A stretch of DNA of 60,276 bases, from positions 1-60,276 of the forward strand of contig JAAILG010001905.1 of the NCBI GenBank assembly GCA_012026655.1. The letters are read 5' to 3'. The notes beneath the pieces were generated by a model. The model ran no database searches, had not been told where the DNA came from, and was given only the letters and a program-made list of their open reading frames with translations. Of this stretch, positions 1-13,940 are shown piece after piece. Origin of the DNA: Hydrolagus affinis. Lineage: Eukaryota. The position numbers and the translations under genes are program-made. Numbering within the stretch: the first letter of the stretch is position 1; each line of letters opens with the position of its first letter.

Positions 1-199
1 TATATTTCAGTGAAGAGATGCAATTAAGCAAACGGAACTCTAATTACTTAGAAAGATGAGACAAACGGATTGATCCTAACGTATAACCTACTGTGCAACA
101 TTTCATTGCCAAATGATTAGGAATGCATTGCACAGAAGCAAGTGCAGTGCATATGAATGTTTTCTAATCAAACACCAGAAAATTTCCATTTGTGAGTTA

Positions 200-470
200 C
201 AACTCAATACGGTACATGTCAGGATGATGTCCCAAAGTGCTTCACATAGCTGGCTGGGCACCCAAGCTGGAGAGGAGTTGAGGAGGGTGGTGGTGGGGGG
301 TGGAGGGGGAAAGGTGATCAAAAGGATAGACAAAGAGACAAATCTTGAACAGATCATTAAAATTGAGGGATGGCGGTGGGGGAAGGAAGGAGGCGGTGAG
401 GTAGAGGGACTCCTGATAACTAGGTGGGAGTTCCAGAGAGCGGAACCAGAATGACTGAGAGCCATTAATG
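200..470 (-). mobile_element. LINE2 3' fragment
   Basis: gggagttccagagagcgg (LWNS motif on the reverse strand), G-rich 3' UTR, and terminal catgtcaggatgatgtcccaaagtgc. Confidence 0.7.
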
Positions 471-849
471 AGACAGATCTGGATTAGCAATTGTGCAAAG
501 TACTCATTGAAATATTACTCACCCATTTGCCGAACTTCCAATAATTCAACAATGTCAAACCAAGCCACAACAACAACAACAAACAACCAAAACTACTTGC
601 ATTGATATAGAACCCATCACACAGGGTTGTAAGCCTCTTCTTATAATGAGGACATTAACTTGATGGATGATCAAGGAACAGAATGAAATGTTCTGTTACT
701 GCAAACATTAACCCATGAGGACACAGAGAAGAATGAAGGTGAAATAAAAAGTGCTGTATGGATAAATGCAACCTCCCAAGTGAAGGCAACTAGCTGGTAA
801 ATAAAATTTATTGACCTCCAAAGGCACTCAAAAGGGGAAACGTGCTGCT

Positions 850-925
850 GACCGTTCAGCGCTTTGGGACGTCCTCCCGACGTGAAAGGCACTATGTAAG
901 TGCAATTCTGTTGTTGCTGTTGCCT
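850..925 (+). mobile_element. LINE2 3' terminus
   Basis: cagcgctttgggacgtcctcccgacgtgaaaggcactatgtaagtgcaattc(tgt)n. Confidence 0.8.
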
Positions 926-3304
926 GCATGGAAGTACAGATCGTTTACCAAAGCTGGTATCACTCTTATTACTCAATTCTCTCCTGGGTGCAGTTTCTGT
1001 GATGCAAGTCCAGAGGGCAAAAAGATGAACAAGATCAGTAGACATTCAGTTTCAGACGATCAGCTCTTTTCGTGCTCGCTTGCACATCCCAAACCTAAAA
1101 TATAGTGGGTGGCGGGAGAGAGTTTGTCCATCATCTTACAACTACAATGCACATTTAGTAGCATTGAACTGCACTAAAGACTTTAATCCCCAACCATGAT
1201 GGATCCATTGTTTTTCAAAATACCAAGCCTTAGTTTAATGATAGTCCAATGATATGTGTTCTCTCATTGGATTATACATAATTAAATAGATTTTCTGAAT
1301 TCTACCAACAACAAAGACTATATATTCTTTACAGTACTGTATATAAATATATATACTTTTGGTAACGAATGGTTCACTCACTCCCAAGCAAGGCTGACCA
1401 ATGCTTTTTAACCTTTGTTTACAAATTTCCGTGGATGTATCACCTCATAACTGATAACGGATTATTTTTACGCTCTGGCAAAATTCATTGGGAAGTCTTA
1501 TAGACACCAAACAGCAAACTCAGGGAACACAAATTGTATACAATGCAAGAAAAAGAGCCAACTGTGCCACCTGGCGGTTGAGAAATGGAAGTGTAAAACC
1601 ATTTAAAGTACAACCAGTTAACTTCCTATTTTTCTTTAATGAATAATAATCATGCTTGCATTGGATTTAGAGCCTTTCATGTTGAGAGGACATCTCAAAG
1701 TGCTTCATAGGATTTACTGTAAAATGTTGTGGCTGCATGTGAATTACCTATTTTATTTACTGTCAAGGAATTCGGTAAGGTATTTACTGCGTATTCTGTT
1801 GTGCAATTTATTGGGTACGGTTGTCGTAAATTTTCCAACCAGAACTATTCTACAGTCAGAAGGATTCACCAATAAAGTTTGAGATATTCAAATTATATTT
1901 ATTGAAAACATGTTCAGTTATTCTCTCATGGGAAGTCAACAGATTATTTTTATTGAGTGGATTGGGAAAAGAGGAATGTCCATAATTGTCTCTCAGTAAT
2001 TTAATTCAATGAAAACAATTAAATTGAAACAGTAACACGCAAACATGTTGTCTCTGAAATTCAGCCTTTTGTAATGCAAGTATATGTTTCACTAGTAAAT
2101 AACAAGGCACTGTGCTTTATACAGAACATTTTCAGTGACCAGTATACCTGAAATAAAGCCAGATAGAAATTGGATCAGAATTTGTAATTGATTGATTGCT
2201 TACTCTAAAGTATATTCACTGCACTGAGTTGAGCATTTTGTTATATTGCATTGAATTATTTTGTTTCGAAAATGAGTAATATTTCTCAAGGCCTTACATA
2301 AGTAATAGCAATAATAAGCCTGGCATTTGATATAGCGACCTTATCATGTAATTGAGACATCTCTGTCAAGTGAATTGACTATATGTTTTGTGGGTGAAAT
2401 GTGCCACGGGTGCAAAATGCTAGGTGTCTCCACAGGGTCATAAACTTTGCCAAACGAATCATTGACACAAAGTTAGAATAAATAGTTAAGGTAGACATAT
2501 AATTTTGCACCCAAAAGTTAGCATCAAATACATTTTGGGCAAGTTTCAGGAAGTATCGATGCTTTGTCTTAATAATTAACTGAAAGCATTACTTTCTTCC
2601 TCCTCTCAGAAGGATTATTTTATGCGCTCTGTCAGTGAAACTGTTTAGAATTTACTACCAAAACACTGTTACAGCTTTCTTCTGTGACTCAGCTCAGCTA
2701 GAAACTGAGGCAAGACTGCCCCCAAACTTGTTGTGCATCTAAGCCTTTTACAACCACAGTTGGATTTAAAGTCTGGTCTCAAAGATGAAAAAACAAAGCC
2801 CTAACACACTCCATCACCTATTTCACCTCTATCATTCTGTTCCTAGTTTCTGATGATTTCTTTTTGTTTTTAACAAAAAGCTACCAGTATAACATCATAG
2901 CGATCACTCTGGGAAATCTAAACACTCTCTGCGTGCTCACCAGAAATCCTGAATGCAGCGGGGAGGCATTATTTGAAATTGAATCTGCAAAAAAAATACT
3001 GTGTCTTGACAGAGTATTGTGAGTAAGTATTAAACACTGCATTACCGAAATCTCAACTTGAGATTGCTGTACTGTTCTTCAACGCAGAAGGTGGGGGGGG
3101 GGAAATGGAACACTTTCACATATAATCTTTAAATCAGGACAGTTGAGAGCCAACACTACAGTGCTTTGAAACCCCTTTGGGGTCTGCTACTAAACAGGTT
3201 AATATGACACTTTAAATTCTTGTATAAAAGGCAAAAAAAAGTTTGATGGCTTCAGTTTTACATTCTCCACAAAGATGTTGCAACAATGTGTGAAATTCAG
3301 CCCC

Positions 3305-3585
3305 TCAAGTGTGTTCCTCCGTTCGATAAGATCATGGCTGTTGTGTACCTTAAGTCCAATTACTCGCCCTAGCCCCATATTATCCTTTAATACTCTGACC
3401 TAACAAATAGCTATCTATCTCAGTCTTGAAGATGTGAATAGATCCAGCAACCACAACCTTTTGGGGGAAGAGAGTTCCAGATCTCCACTACCCTTTGGTT
3501 GAAAAACTGCCTCCTAATTTCACTCCTAATGGCCCAGCTCTAATTTTAAGATTACGTCTCCTTGTTCTAGATTCCCGTACCAGAG
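3305..3585 (-). mobile_element. CR1-type LINE 3' fragment (degenerate ORF2 C-terminus and 3' UTR)
   Basis: The reverse strand reads as ESRTR..LKIR..SEIRRQFFNQRVVEIWNSLPQKVVVAGSI..FKTEID, characteristic of the CR1 ORF2 end. Confidence 0.8.
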
Positions 3586-5899
3586 GATTCCTCTACATTG
3601 AGATGTCAAGACTGATAGTGTCCCAGGTAGTGCCTGATCCTCTGAAGAGAGATTATGAACCATTTCATCAATGTCCTCCAAACTGTACTTTAAGCATGGA
3701 CGCTTTGATGATTAAAAACTAGAACATATAGTCTAACTGAAGTATATGTGCAACTAATTATCAATTTAATGAAGTCATGACCTGTCACAGTTCAATAAAT
3801 CTCTGCTGTGTTCCTTCCGTTGCTCACAGAAATAATATAATGAATTTATTAGGAGCAGACCATGGATTTCACTTGATAAATGTGTAGGAAATTAGCTTTG
3901 TGTGGATTAATGATATCAGACAAGGAAACTGTCTACTAAACCTAATAAAATGGAAAATATTTCAGGTCTAGTCACAGCCATTATTTAAGTCCAAAGGTTG
4001 CAATTCGATTGAACTGATAAGTAGCTTCAATATCTAGGTCTTCAGTGCCATTAGTTTGTCAGCAGATTTTTTTCCCCTCAGAGGAGAGGAACCAACACTC
4101 AGATAATGCAGGTGCAAACTGGCAGAGCCCAAGGCATCAAGGCCTCACCCTCCACCTCCCAAGGAAAACAAAAGACTCGATAATTATTGCCCCAAAACAC
4201 CAATAATGGACAAAGAATCTAATAAGTGAAGGATGAATCTGAGATTAAGATCCAATAATGTTTTTTATTAGTCTTTCACACGGAATATAAATATCTGTGG
4301 GTGGGGGGAATTTTCATAGGCTTTAAAGTAAACGCATTCAACTGTGTTAGCTTCATTTTTTGCAACTATTCCCACATATCCTATAATATTTAAACTTCAT
4401 TTTTATTTGCTGGGGCTATTTTTTCTCAAAAGCCTCCAATAAACTAATAGTACATGGGATGCCATTTCTGTATACAGTATGGAAGGATGAACTGAGCTTG
4501 GTTCATTTGCTGGCATTCTCGTCTCCAAGTGAGAAGGTCGTGGGTTTCAAGTCGCATGAGCTTATAGTTTATGCTTCCATTTTAGTATAGTCCTGAGAAG
4601 AGAAAGAAGAATTTCTCCTGGTGTTCTGGCTAAACTTCTCCAAGATAAAACAAAATGGCCATTCACTTCATGACTATTTGTGGGACTTGCGCAAATTGGC
4701 TGCTGAGTTCACCTGAAAGTACACAGTCACTACACTTCACACAAAAACTCCTACAAAGCATTTTGAAGTGATGAGGTGCTACATCAAATGCAAGGATTAT
4801 TTTGCCATCAATGTATTTGAATAACTGGTGTTAAAACAAACAATTTCCCATGATCCGTGTGTGTGTAGAGACAATGTGATATGGTTTGAGGGCAGAAAGC
4901 TGTTCTTTTAAAGATATGATAAATGTAACATATTTTGTAACCAAGTCGATGGACAATGAGATCACGAATATAATAATAATAATACATGTAATAATAATCC
5001 TTGCATTTGATACCAAGAGAAGTGAAGAATGCATTGCTAACCAATGCTCATCCCACAAAATGATTTCCTACAGCTGTACACCCAAGTCATTGCCTGAATT
5101 TTAAAGATCTGCGATACTTGAACATCTCAAACATGCTGTCGTCATAAGAATGTGATGAATTATTTCTTGAACTAGCTCACAGGCAGCACAAACAGAATAG
5201 TTAACAACCCAGAGAGGAATTTGAGCAATTATAGGAAGCAAAATACTGCAGCACTAGATATTTGAAACTCAACCCTGTAATTACTGTACATACATAATCT
5301 CTGTTTGTACCAATAGATGTTCATTGGAACTACATGAAGAGAATATTCCTAAGAATATTTCTTCAGGTTATTTTCTTCCTCAATTAAATCTTGCTTCAAC
5401 ATTGGTTTTGTAAGCTTTATCGGATTCAACTCGAGACCCATTGCCTGGAAGAATTGATAAGTGCACATTTAGCTCAGGGTGGAAGATCTATGCTGTGCTA
5501 GTACAGTACTTTCAAATAATGTGATAATGTGATGAATATGATTCCCAACTGTGGGCAGGTAGAAATTAAATGACTGCATTTATGTATTCAGGAGCATTGT
5601 TGAAGTACACCTCAGCTTGTAATATGATACTGAACATTAAGAAAGGAATTACAATTTTAGCAGATTGAGAACAGGAGGCAGGATTCATATAACAGCTTGA
5701 TGTTGCATTTGGAGGATAGTAGGTATGGTATTCTGGAAGATTGAGATCAAATGAGGCAAAGTGTCTTCCACTGAATCTCTTTTGTGATCTTGTTGATCAG
5801 CATAAATTTACAGGAAGACAGAGAAGTGAATTAATGTGGGTAAATTAACTGTGCAAAATATGGCGGGCAACTGGTGAGTGTCCCCTGACCCACCCACCC

Positions 5900-6160
5900 C
5901 GCCATTGGCGAGTGAGCCTTCAACGACTCTGCCCCCAACCTCTGGAACTCCATTCCGCAGTCCCTTCACCTTGCCCCCTCCCCAGCCTCCTTCAAGTCTC
6001 GCCTCAAGACTCTCCTCTCCCATCGGCAACTCTTAATAGCCCCCTTCCTTCCCTTCCCTGTCCTCAGTTTGGGTCTGAAGCAGTAACTGTTCAGCGCCTT
6101 GGCACATCCTCTTGACGTGAAGGGCGCTATACAAGTGTAACTTTGTTGTCGTTATTGTTA
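5900..6160 (+). mobile_element. LINE2 3' fragment
   Basis: gccttc...ctctgcccccaacctctggaactcc (SAPNLWNS), C-rich UTR, terminal stem-loop and (gtt)n tail. Confidence 0.85.
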
Positions 6161-9100
6161 GTGCGACAGGAAACTCTCTACCCCACCCAAAGATTAGTTA
6201 CTAAAAACATTTCCAAGTTGTGAGAGAATGGCCCTGAATCATTCTAAAGAATTGCAATGTTCAGCGCTTGGTGGCCACAAGTTTCATCTGAGATACTGTG
6301 TATGTAGAGTTAATTATTCTGCAGCAAGTTGCAATTACCTAAACAATGCCCTCGCACACATCACTTAATAAAACAATCAAATCATTGTTCTTTAGGTCTT
6401 ATGGAGTAAGACAGCAGCAAATTGACCTGGAATTAAATCTCTGTAGGAACAGAATTAATGGAACATAACTGTTGCATCTTTTTAATGTTATAGACAGAAA
6501 AAAATGGACCATTGAGAATGAAGCTCACGGGGTTACTGTACCCCTTTGAGAGGGTCTTTAAAGATGAACAGCATCTATTCGGCAGTGAGTGGAGTGGATA
6601 TTAAGTTCATCATCTTGTTTCATCGCGAGTACTGAGATTCCTGTACAGTCCACTACAACGCAATGGATCTCTCTCATGTGTTACTCATTTAAAAGGCCTG
6701 ATACAGTGAAACGCGTTTGAGCGGGGTCTAGAGTGGGGTCTAGCGTTTTGGGATTCGCAAATGGGTTGCCGTGGAGAGAAGTGTGAGAATCCCTTGGTAA
6801 GTTATTGCTCTTCAGCTCTGGGACGCAGCCTGCCCATGAGCTGGCCAGTCTCCATTGAGATGATTCATCGATGAAATGATTCTTGGCAACCGATCGAACT
6901 ACTCACTGTAGTTGCAAAATAAAAGTTTCTTGCAATCCGAGATCAAATTAACCACAAAAAGCCAAACTTCTCTCCAGAATGCAACGGAGCGCTGCACTGC
7001 TGGCTGCTTCTGCTGTCACAATCAGGCTGAAAAGTTGGTGCTCATTTTCGAAGCTGACAGATGTTAACACGTAAATTGGGAAAATTATACAGCTGCCAAG
7101 TGTTTTGCCTTTGATTGAGTGTATCTCCCATCTGAATACATCACAAATGGAAAGAGACATTTCCTAAGTGGAAGATTTGACTGCTGATGCATGAATGCAA
7201 CTTGTTGGCCACTCCATTTAGTGAACATTATCTGCTGTTAATAACTACATTTGCAAAGAAATCCGCTGCGTTCGCACACAGACCGTGGAACTGTATCCTC
7301 TGGAGGGACAAAGAAACTGCAGTATTCTTTTATGGGCATGATCTAGGAGTAAAAAGTTTATTGCACGTATAAATGGTCACGTACATGAGAAACTTTGGTG
7401 ACCAGGAAACTGAATCAGCAGAAAAGGAATTGATCAAAATACAGTACAATATTTCTAGTTTGTGTTTATCCTCCTGGCTTGAAAGCCGCTATACAAGTGT
7501 AATTTTGTTATGGTTGTTATGATTTTGATTCTGCCTCGCTACAGCTGCAATAAAAATAGTCAACTATGTTTTTTTATATACACACACGTACACACACCAA
7601 CCTTAACCCAGGTTTTTCTGATACATTTCATTAAAAAATTGTAACCGAGCACATTATTTCCATTGCCAAAGTTATCAGATCGTATAATGTGGCAAGAGAA
7701 AACAATGTTAATTGTTTTAGCCCTTTCCTATGTTGGGAATAAACTGCAGTCGCTGTCCTGTTTATATGTTATGTTCCTTTGGTTTACATTGGGACATGTA
7801 GGGCAAACTTGCAGTCATGTTCTCATCATTTTGATATGGTTATACATGATGATAAGATGGATAATTGCAGCTAACCCGCAGTGTTATTTATTAATATTTT
7901 AAGCACTTCTGTTATATTTTATCATTCAAAATAGATTTTCTTAACAAGGTAGTTACTATTATCTTTGAAGGCAATAGGGGCCATCATATATGGGATAGCT
8001 AAAATAGCAACCTGTTCATTTGCATCTCCATACTGCAACAGGAAAGCTTTCATTTACACGTGGAACTATAACTGGGTCACAAAGTGAAATAGAAGCGAGT
8101 GTCTAAAATTGGCACTTTTGATGGCAATTATAAGGCGTTGAGGTGATTTGTATAAAATAAAAGCAAGTGTACAACTGTGGAAAATGATATCTGTTCTGAA
8201 ACAGTAAGAGATTACCCTTATACGTGCTGGGTAGGAGAATATTATTGGAACTGTACAAGAGAATGGGTTCTCCAAAGCAAGTGATCATGCTCTTTTCGAT
8301 AGGGTTAACAGAGTAAAAAATACTAATGCTGTGGTAAAATACATTCTTCAAAATGCTCGTCCCTCACTTTAATAAGCACAGAAAGTATCACCACCAAAAA
8401 TAACAGCTTTGGTTATGAATCATAAAAATGTTTCCAACACTTTCCCTTATTTAATGGGATTGTGTTATTTCAACAGATGTTACCCGGCAATTCATCAAGA
8501 AAACTACCACAATCCTCCACGGCTTGCGGAATTAATGGATATTCTCAAGCAGACAATTGACAAACCTGTCCTTAAAACAAATGGTTAGTGGTCACAGAGA
8601 CAATACTACATAATTGTCAGATCTAACAGCAGGCTATCTCTGGCATATTCGGGGAGTTTTCTAAGTGTCATAATCTACAATAAAGATTGTTGTTCAAGGT
8701 AAAACATTTAGTAATTAAAAGTTTTCTGAACACATTCAATCATTCCGCTTTTTAAAAAAGTACCTAAAGTTTTTTTTTCGGAGATAAACATTAAAGGTGA
8801 TAAATAGAGTGAGAACTGAATCAATGGAGTTTCCAAACATGGATCACACTTTGAGACAAACACAAATCCTCGACGTCCAGGAAATACATTTGTTTGGAAA
8901 GGCAGACCAAATCTATTTGTATTTCGAGCTGTATTTCTGTCAGACCCAGTCACTGCTACATTTCTTTCATTCTCGCCTTCATATCCTCACTGAATGCATT
9001 TGAAGAGACAAAGTCACATTTCCTCTGAACTATGCAGTGTAGGTCCACTCTTTCAAGTAGGATTTTATTTAAATGTCTAGTAATCCTAGGAGTAAAACTT

Positions 9101-10243
9101 TTGTACTAGCAAGATGGAAGCAGTTCAAATGAAAGGCTGTCACAACTAGAATACTAAGTCGCAAATGCTTCAAACTGTTCATCCTTAGTCACTGTGCATC
9201 AAGGCTAAATTACAGCATTATACAGTACCCATAAATTGTGTTGTCAGTGCCTATTGTTCAACAAGTGTTACTTTTAATAAACAACATCATAGCGACATTG
9301 TGAACAAAATTGAATAATTTTATGTTGTGCAGAACGGTTATTTATCTTGAACAGAGCTAGGTCAAATAGCGAGAGGAAACCAGAAATGGGGGTGTATAAT
9401 TATAATTTTCTCTTTCCATACCAAAGCATGTGGGTGGTTTTATGTTGGGACTCGAGTCCATTTGGAGATACATTGATGCTCTCAAAACGATTTCGCTCAG
9501 AAACTTGCAACAAAATGTCACAAGGGAAGACTTTTTTAAAAAAAAAACTCTCTGATCTGGACTCCATCTCGTGTCTCAGCGCTGAAATCTGAGTATTTCA
9601 TCTCAGAATTAATACATATTTTCCAATCGTCTTGTTATATATAGGAGTACAGATATTCTTTAATACTATCAGGCTGCTTAACTCTTTTAAATGGCCATTT
9701 GAGTTTATATAATTGAATTCAAGCATCCTGTATTTCCTGCTTGTTTAACCACTTTTTACCTAATTTATTTTCAAAAAAAAGGAAGAAAATAAACCCAACT
9801 GTAATGACTCACTAGAGGCACATGGTAATAATGATAACTTATTAGAATACTGTTATATAGCTTAGTATAACTGCAAAGGCTCATTCTTGCAAAGTAAAGT
9901 ACAGCTCTTGAAAGTCTTACAGTCTTACATTAGATTAGGCAATTTCAGTACGAAAATACACTTCACCACAATAAATCATGAGTGAATCTGAACTTAACTG
10001 AATTTGAGACTTTGGGTGCAATTGGAGGGAAAACCATAATGAAATGATTCAAGTCAGATTGTTGGTGAGCAGAAATCTCAACAACAGTATATTTCTTTTG
10101 TGGCCAGCAGCAGCAGGATACAGTATTCGGATTAGGGAACTCATGTACAGAGAGATTAAACTGCGTTATTTATTACCTGCATCTGTTGCTTGGGAATGTA
10201 ACATTCCTCCTTTGTGCATATATGGCAAACGTGTGTGCAAGAT

Positions 10244-10576
10244 GGAGCTCCTATAGTTCAGTGGTTAGAGCACTTGCCTTGCAAGCGTGAGATCTGTGTT
10301 CGAATCCAGGCAGATCAGGGCGTAAACCTTGGGCAAGTTTCTTTATTCCACATGCCTAATAATAATTCTTCCAAATAAAAACACACACGATAAAAAATTG
10401 GTAATTTCAATCCACGATTGTTTATGGGACACTGCTGTGTGCAACTGGCTGCCGCGTTTCACCCACAAATATTCAGTCAATTCACTTTACAGTGTATTCT
10501 GTGAAGCGCCTTGAGGCGTTGATAAATTGTGAAAGGCACTATATCAAATGCAAGGACTAGTATTATTATTATTATT
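10244..10576 (+). mobile_element. Full-length tRNA-headed SINE (Deu-type core, L2-like 3' end, (ATT)n tail)
   Basis: A-box-like tagttcagtgg, B box gttcgaatcc (10298-10307), core ...gggacactgctgtgtgcaactggctgccgcgtttc..., tail atcaaatgcaagg(att)n. Many copies occur in the window. Confidence 0.9.
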
Positions 10577-10942
10577 GCTTGCAAAAAAAATCCCCCCCCA
10601 AAAAGGGTTCTATCATGATGGAAAAGAAACAAATGCTGGCTAATCCAACCCCAATATATACAGTCGATCAACCATGCTTCTATGTGAAGGTAATTAATTC
10701 ACTGATGGAATAAGGATGGTTAACATTGATACGTCCCATATCTGTAGTGGAATAGGTTCTTTAATTCACGTTGGATGACATTACTCAAACACTAAGCATA
10801 AGGTCAACTCTCCCTTCTCATGATATCAGCACAGAATTAAAAAGAGGTTTCTCAGTCTGCCAGGCAAGAATATTTATTGATGCGTCAGTCCTGGGTGACT
10901 TGGGATACTGTGCAATGCATTCAATTTACCATCAGAATCTTA

Positions 10943-11257
10943 TAATAATAATCCTTGAATTTGATGTAGCGCTTTTCACGTCTTCTAGACATCTCAAAGC
11001 ACTTCACAGAATATACTGTAAAGTGAACTGAATGTATATTTGTGGGCGAAACGCAGCAGCCAATTACGCACAACAGTATCCCACAAACAGTCGTGGATTG
11101 AAATGACCAATTTTATTATTGTGTTTTTTTTGGAGGGATTATTATTAGGCATGTGGAGTTAGGATACTTGCCCAAGGTTTCTCCCTGACCTGCCTGGATT
11201 TGAACACAGGTCTCATGCTTGTAAGGTGAGTGCTCTACCCCTGAGCTGCAGAACTCC
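10943..11257 (-). mobile_element. Full-length tRNA-headed SINE
   Basis: Reverse-complement copy of the 10244 element, including head and tail. Confidence 0.9.
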
Positions 11258-12309
11258 AGTTATATTGAAACATAAGGATATTCAATTTTTTTAAAATAGT
11301 CAATAAATCTCAATACAGTTCAAGTGTTCGCAGCTTTATAACAGAGAAAGCCATTTAATTAAATTACGAACTCCACAAAGGCTGCCCATATACACTGAAG
11401 ATTTGAGTTAGTGGGTTGAGGAAATTTTTTACTATGCAGGCAAATCAAAAGAAAGCTCTACAAACACAACCAGTTCTTTTAGTGAAGAATTGCGTTACAT
11501 GGCACCCTCATCGTTAGCATTGCAAACCGATGCTTTCAATCCACCTCAACCCATCTTGATTCACTTAATGATACACTCGTTAAATAGCTTAAGCATTCAA
11601 TAGTTTTTTGGGGGGTGTCAGCACCGACAGAAACCAATCACCAGCCTTAAGATTATCCAAACCAAATTGAGGATTCCAGGCATACATGAAAATTCCAGAG
11701 ATATTTATTGGAACGGAATGTACAATCTCTGCCTGCAGAGACACACCCTGCTTTTCTAATTCCAGACACTATCGCGGGCTGGTTAGCAAGAGCCAAGGCA
11801 CGATGAGCTTTTAATTCATCTTTAAAAACAACAAATGACAAGTAGTGCAGATTTCAACTCGACCAGGCGATAATTTTCAATACCGTGCTAACTCCCGTTT
11901 TGTGAATTAAAAGTTATCGTACATTTCCTTTCCCCTTGAGGTACCAAAATGCTACTCTTCCCTCAAACTCTGCGCAGGCGGTTCCCATAACAATATTTGG
12001 TTGCAAACACAGAGAATGCAATTTGATCTGCTGAGATGATGGAAAAACACATAGAAAAACAGATGGATTTCACAACAAGTACTTTCAAACAGTCACAACA
12101 ATGTGTGGTTCAATTTAGCCAAAACCTTGAGAGCTGTAGACAGACAAATTGAATAAAGTAGAATACTATTGTCAACTAGATTTAAAGAGACTGCTCAATC
12201 CACAGTGCTGTTATATTTCTTACAAGTAACCACGAGAAGCCTTACTTTATACATATTCCCCGGTAAAACTCCCCAACCAGATCACGAAGCAACAATTCTT
12301 CTGCATACA

Positions 12310-12414
12310 TATAACAAATGCAGTCCTGGTTAATCCATTTCATCCCAATATTAATCGATTGCATATTAATTCAATGCATTTTATAACAAATGCAGTCCTG
12401 GTTAATCCATTTCA
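12310..12414. repeat. 33-bp exact direct repeat, two copies with a 72-bp period
   Basis: tataacaaatgcagtcctggttaatccatttca at 12310-12342 and 12382-12414. Confidence 0.9.
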
Positions 12415-13780
12415 CCTTGACATTAATTCCAGCAAAAAACCACAAATAAAGCCCTTCCCAGCCCAACTCACATCAAACCTGGTAGCCTCCATTCTCCATC
12501 AATTCCAGCTTGCGGATACAGATGAGTCAACTCCCCTAGACAAACAGGCACTTCAGTATCATACAAGCTCCAGTTAACCCCTAGACAGCCACACGCAAAC
12601 AGGGATTTAATCTAGTCTCCGGGGAATATTTCACATGATGCCATAGGAAACATTTGAATAATATGAAGGAACCCTTCACATTTGTAATCTCTCAAGACAG
12701 TGAAAATAATTTAATACAAGTACAAAAAAATTAGAAAGCACATTTGAATACTATTTATTATAGTATCTGTACATGCTCCAGGTATGAAGAACTCTTAAAG
12801 TCTACAACTTTATTACCCACAGGTTTATCAAGTCGTTCTCACACAAGGAGTACGCTACATTCTGTAATATCATTCATGATTTGTATTAACATCTCCAAGC
12901 TTGCCCTTTCAAGTAAGTAGAAACAAATGGAGTATTCTGTGGGTTAACATTGACACTGACATTAATTAACTGTATATCGGAGTGAACCTCATATGGGGTT
13001 TGTGCATGACATTCCAGTTTTTATGAAAAATAAAAGTACAAATAAAAAACAACAACAATCATAAGCTTATACTTTAAAACTGGTTGAGAGATTAGTGAAA
13101 TGTGGCCAGCTTAATGTTAAAATAACTACTTTGTGCGTAAAATTCCCTCAGTTTTTTTTGTGAAGCGCTTTGAGATGTCTCGATGACATGATAAGGCACG
13201 ACATCAAATACAAGGAATAAGGATTGTTATTAGCTGGATCGCACTGCCTTGTGACACTTGCTCCCACTTCAGCCTTTCCAAAGGTAACATCAGAAATTAG
13301 TTTAATTGGCATGATAACCAATCAATTCAAAACACAATATTTTTTCTACAATAAAATCGGATGAAAACAATGACTTTCAGGCAGATTTAATTGATCACAC
13401 ATTTTAAATGAAATCAGCTGGATCTTTAAATGTGGTACTAAGTAAGTAAGTATCTGAAGTTTTTCAACTATTTATAGATGTAAAGTAGTATCTATGTTCA
13501 CAGAGCTGTACTTCTTTTTCCTATCTTTTTCACTTGTCATAAACCGTTTGGAATGTCTTCTTTGAGGAGAAAGGAATACATGACGTTGCTCCCAGGTAAT
13601 AGTGAGACACAATTAATCTACAGTACCTTGTATGTTTCCCTCTAACGGCAATATATTCTTAACTTTGGATGTTTTCTGCAACTTGCAACTCTGGCATCCT
13701 TTGGAGACATCAGTGTTAGCGACCAAAATGTTTTCATCAATTAGTTCTAGTTAATAATAATGTGTAAATCAAGGTGTATA

Positions 13781-13940
13781 ATAATAATAAACGCTGCATT
13801 TAATATAGTGCCTTATCACATCTTCTAAAGCGCTTCACAGAATATACCATAAATTGAATCGACTTATATTTGTATACAGGGAGAAATATGGCAGCCAATT
13901 GGGCATAGCAGTGTCCCACAAACAGTCTTGGATTGAAATA
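13781..13940 (-). mobile_element. SINE 3' half
   Basis: ataataat...gcgcttcacagaatatac...gtgtcccacaaacagtc. Confidence 0.8.

Noticed and set aside
12310-12414. CRISPR-like repeat-spacer-repeat dimensions
   Set aside because: Only two units, in a vertebrate intron, with no cas genes. A local duplication explains it.
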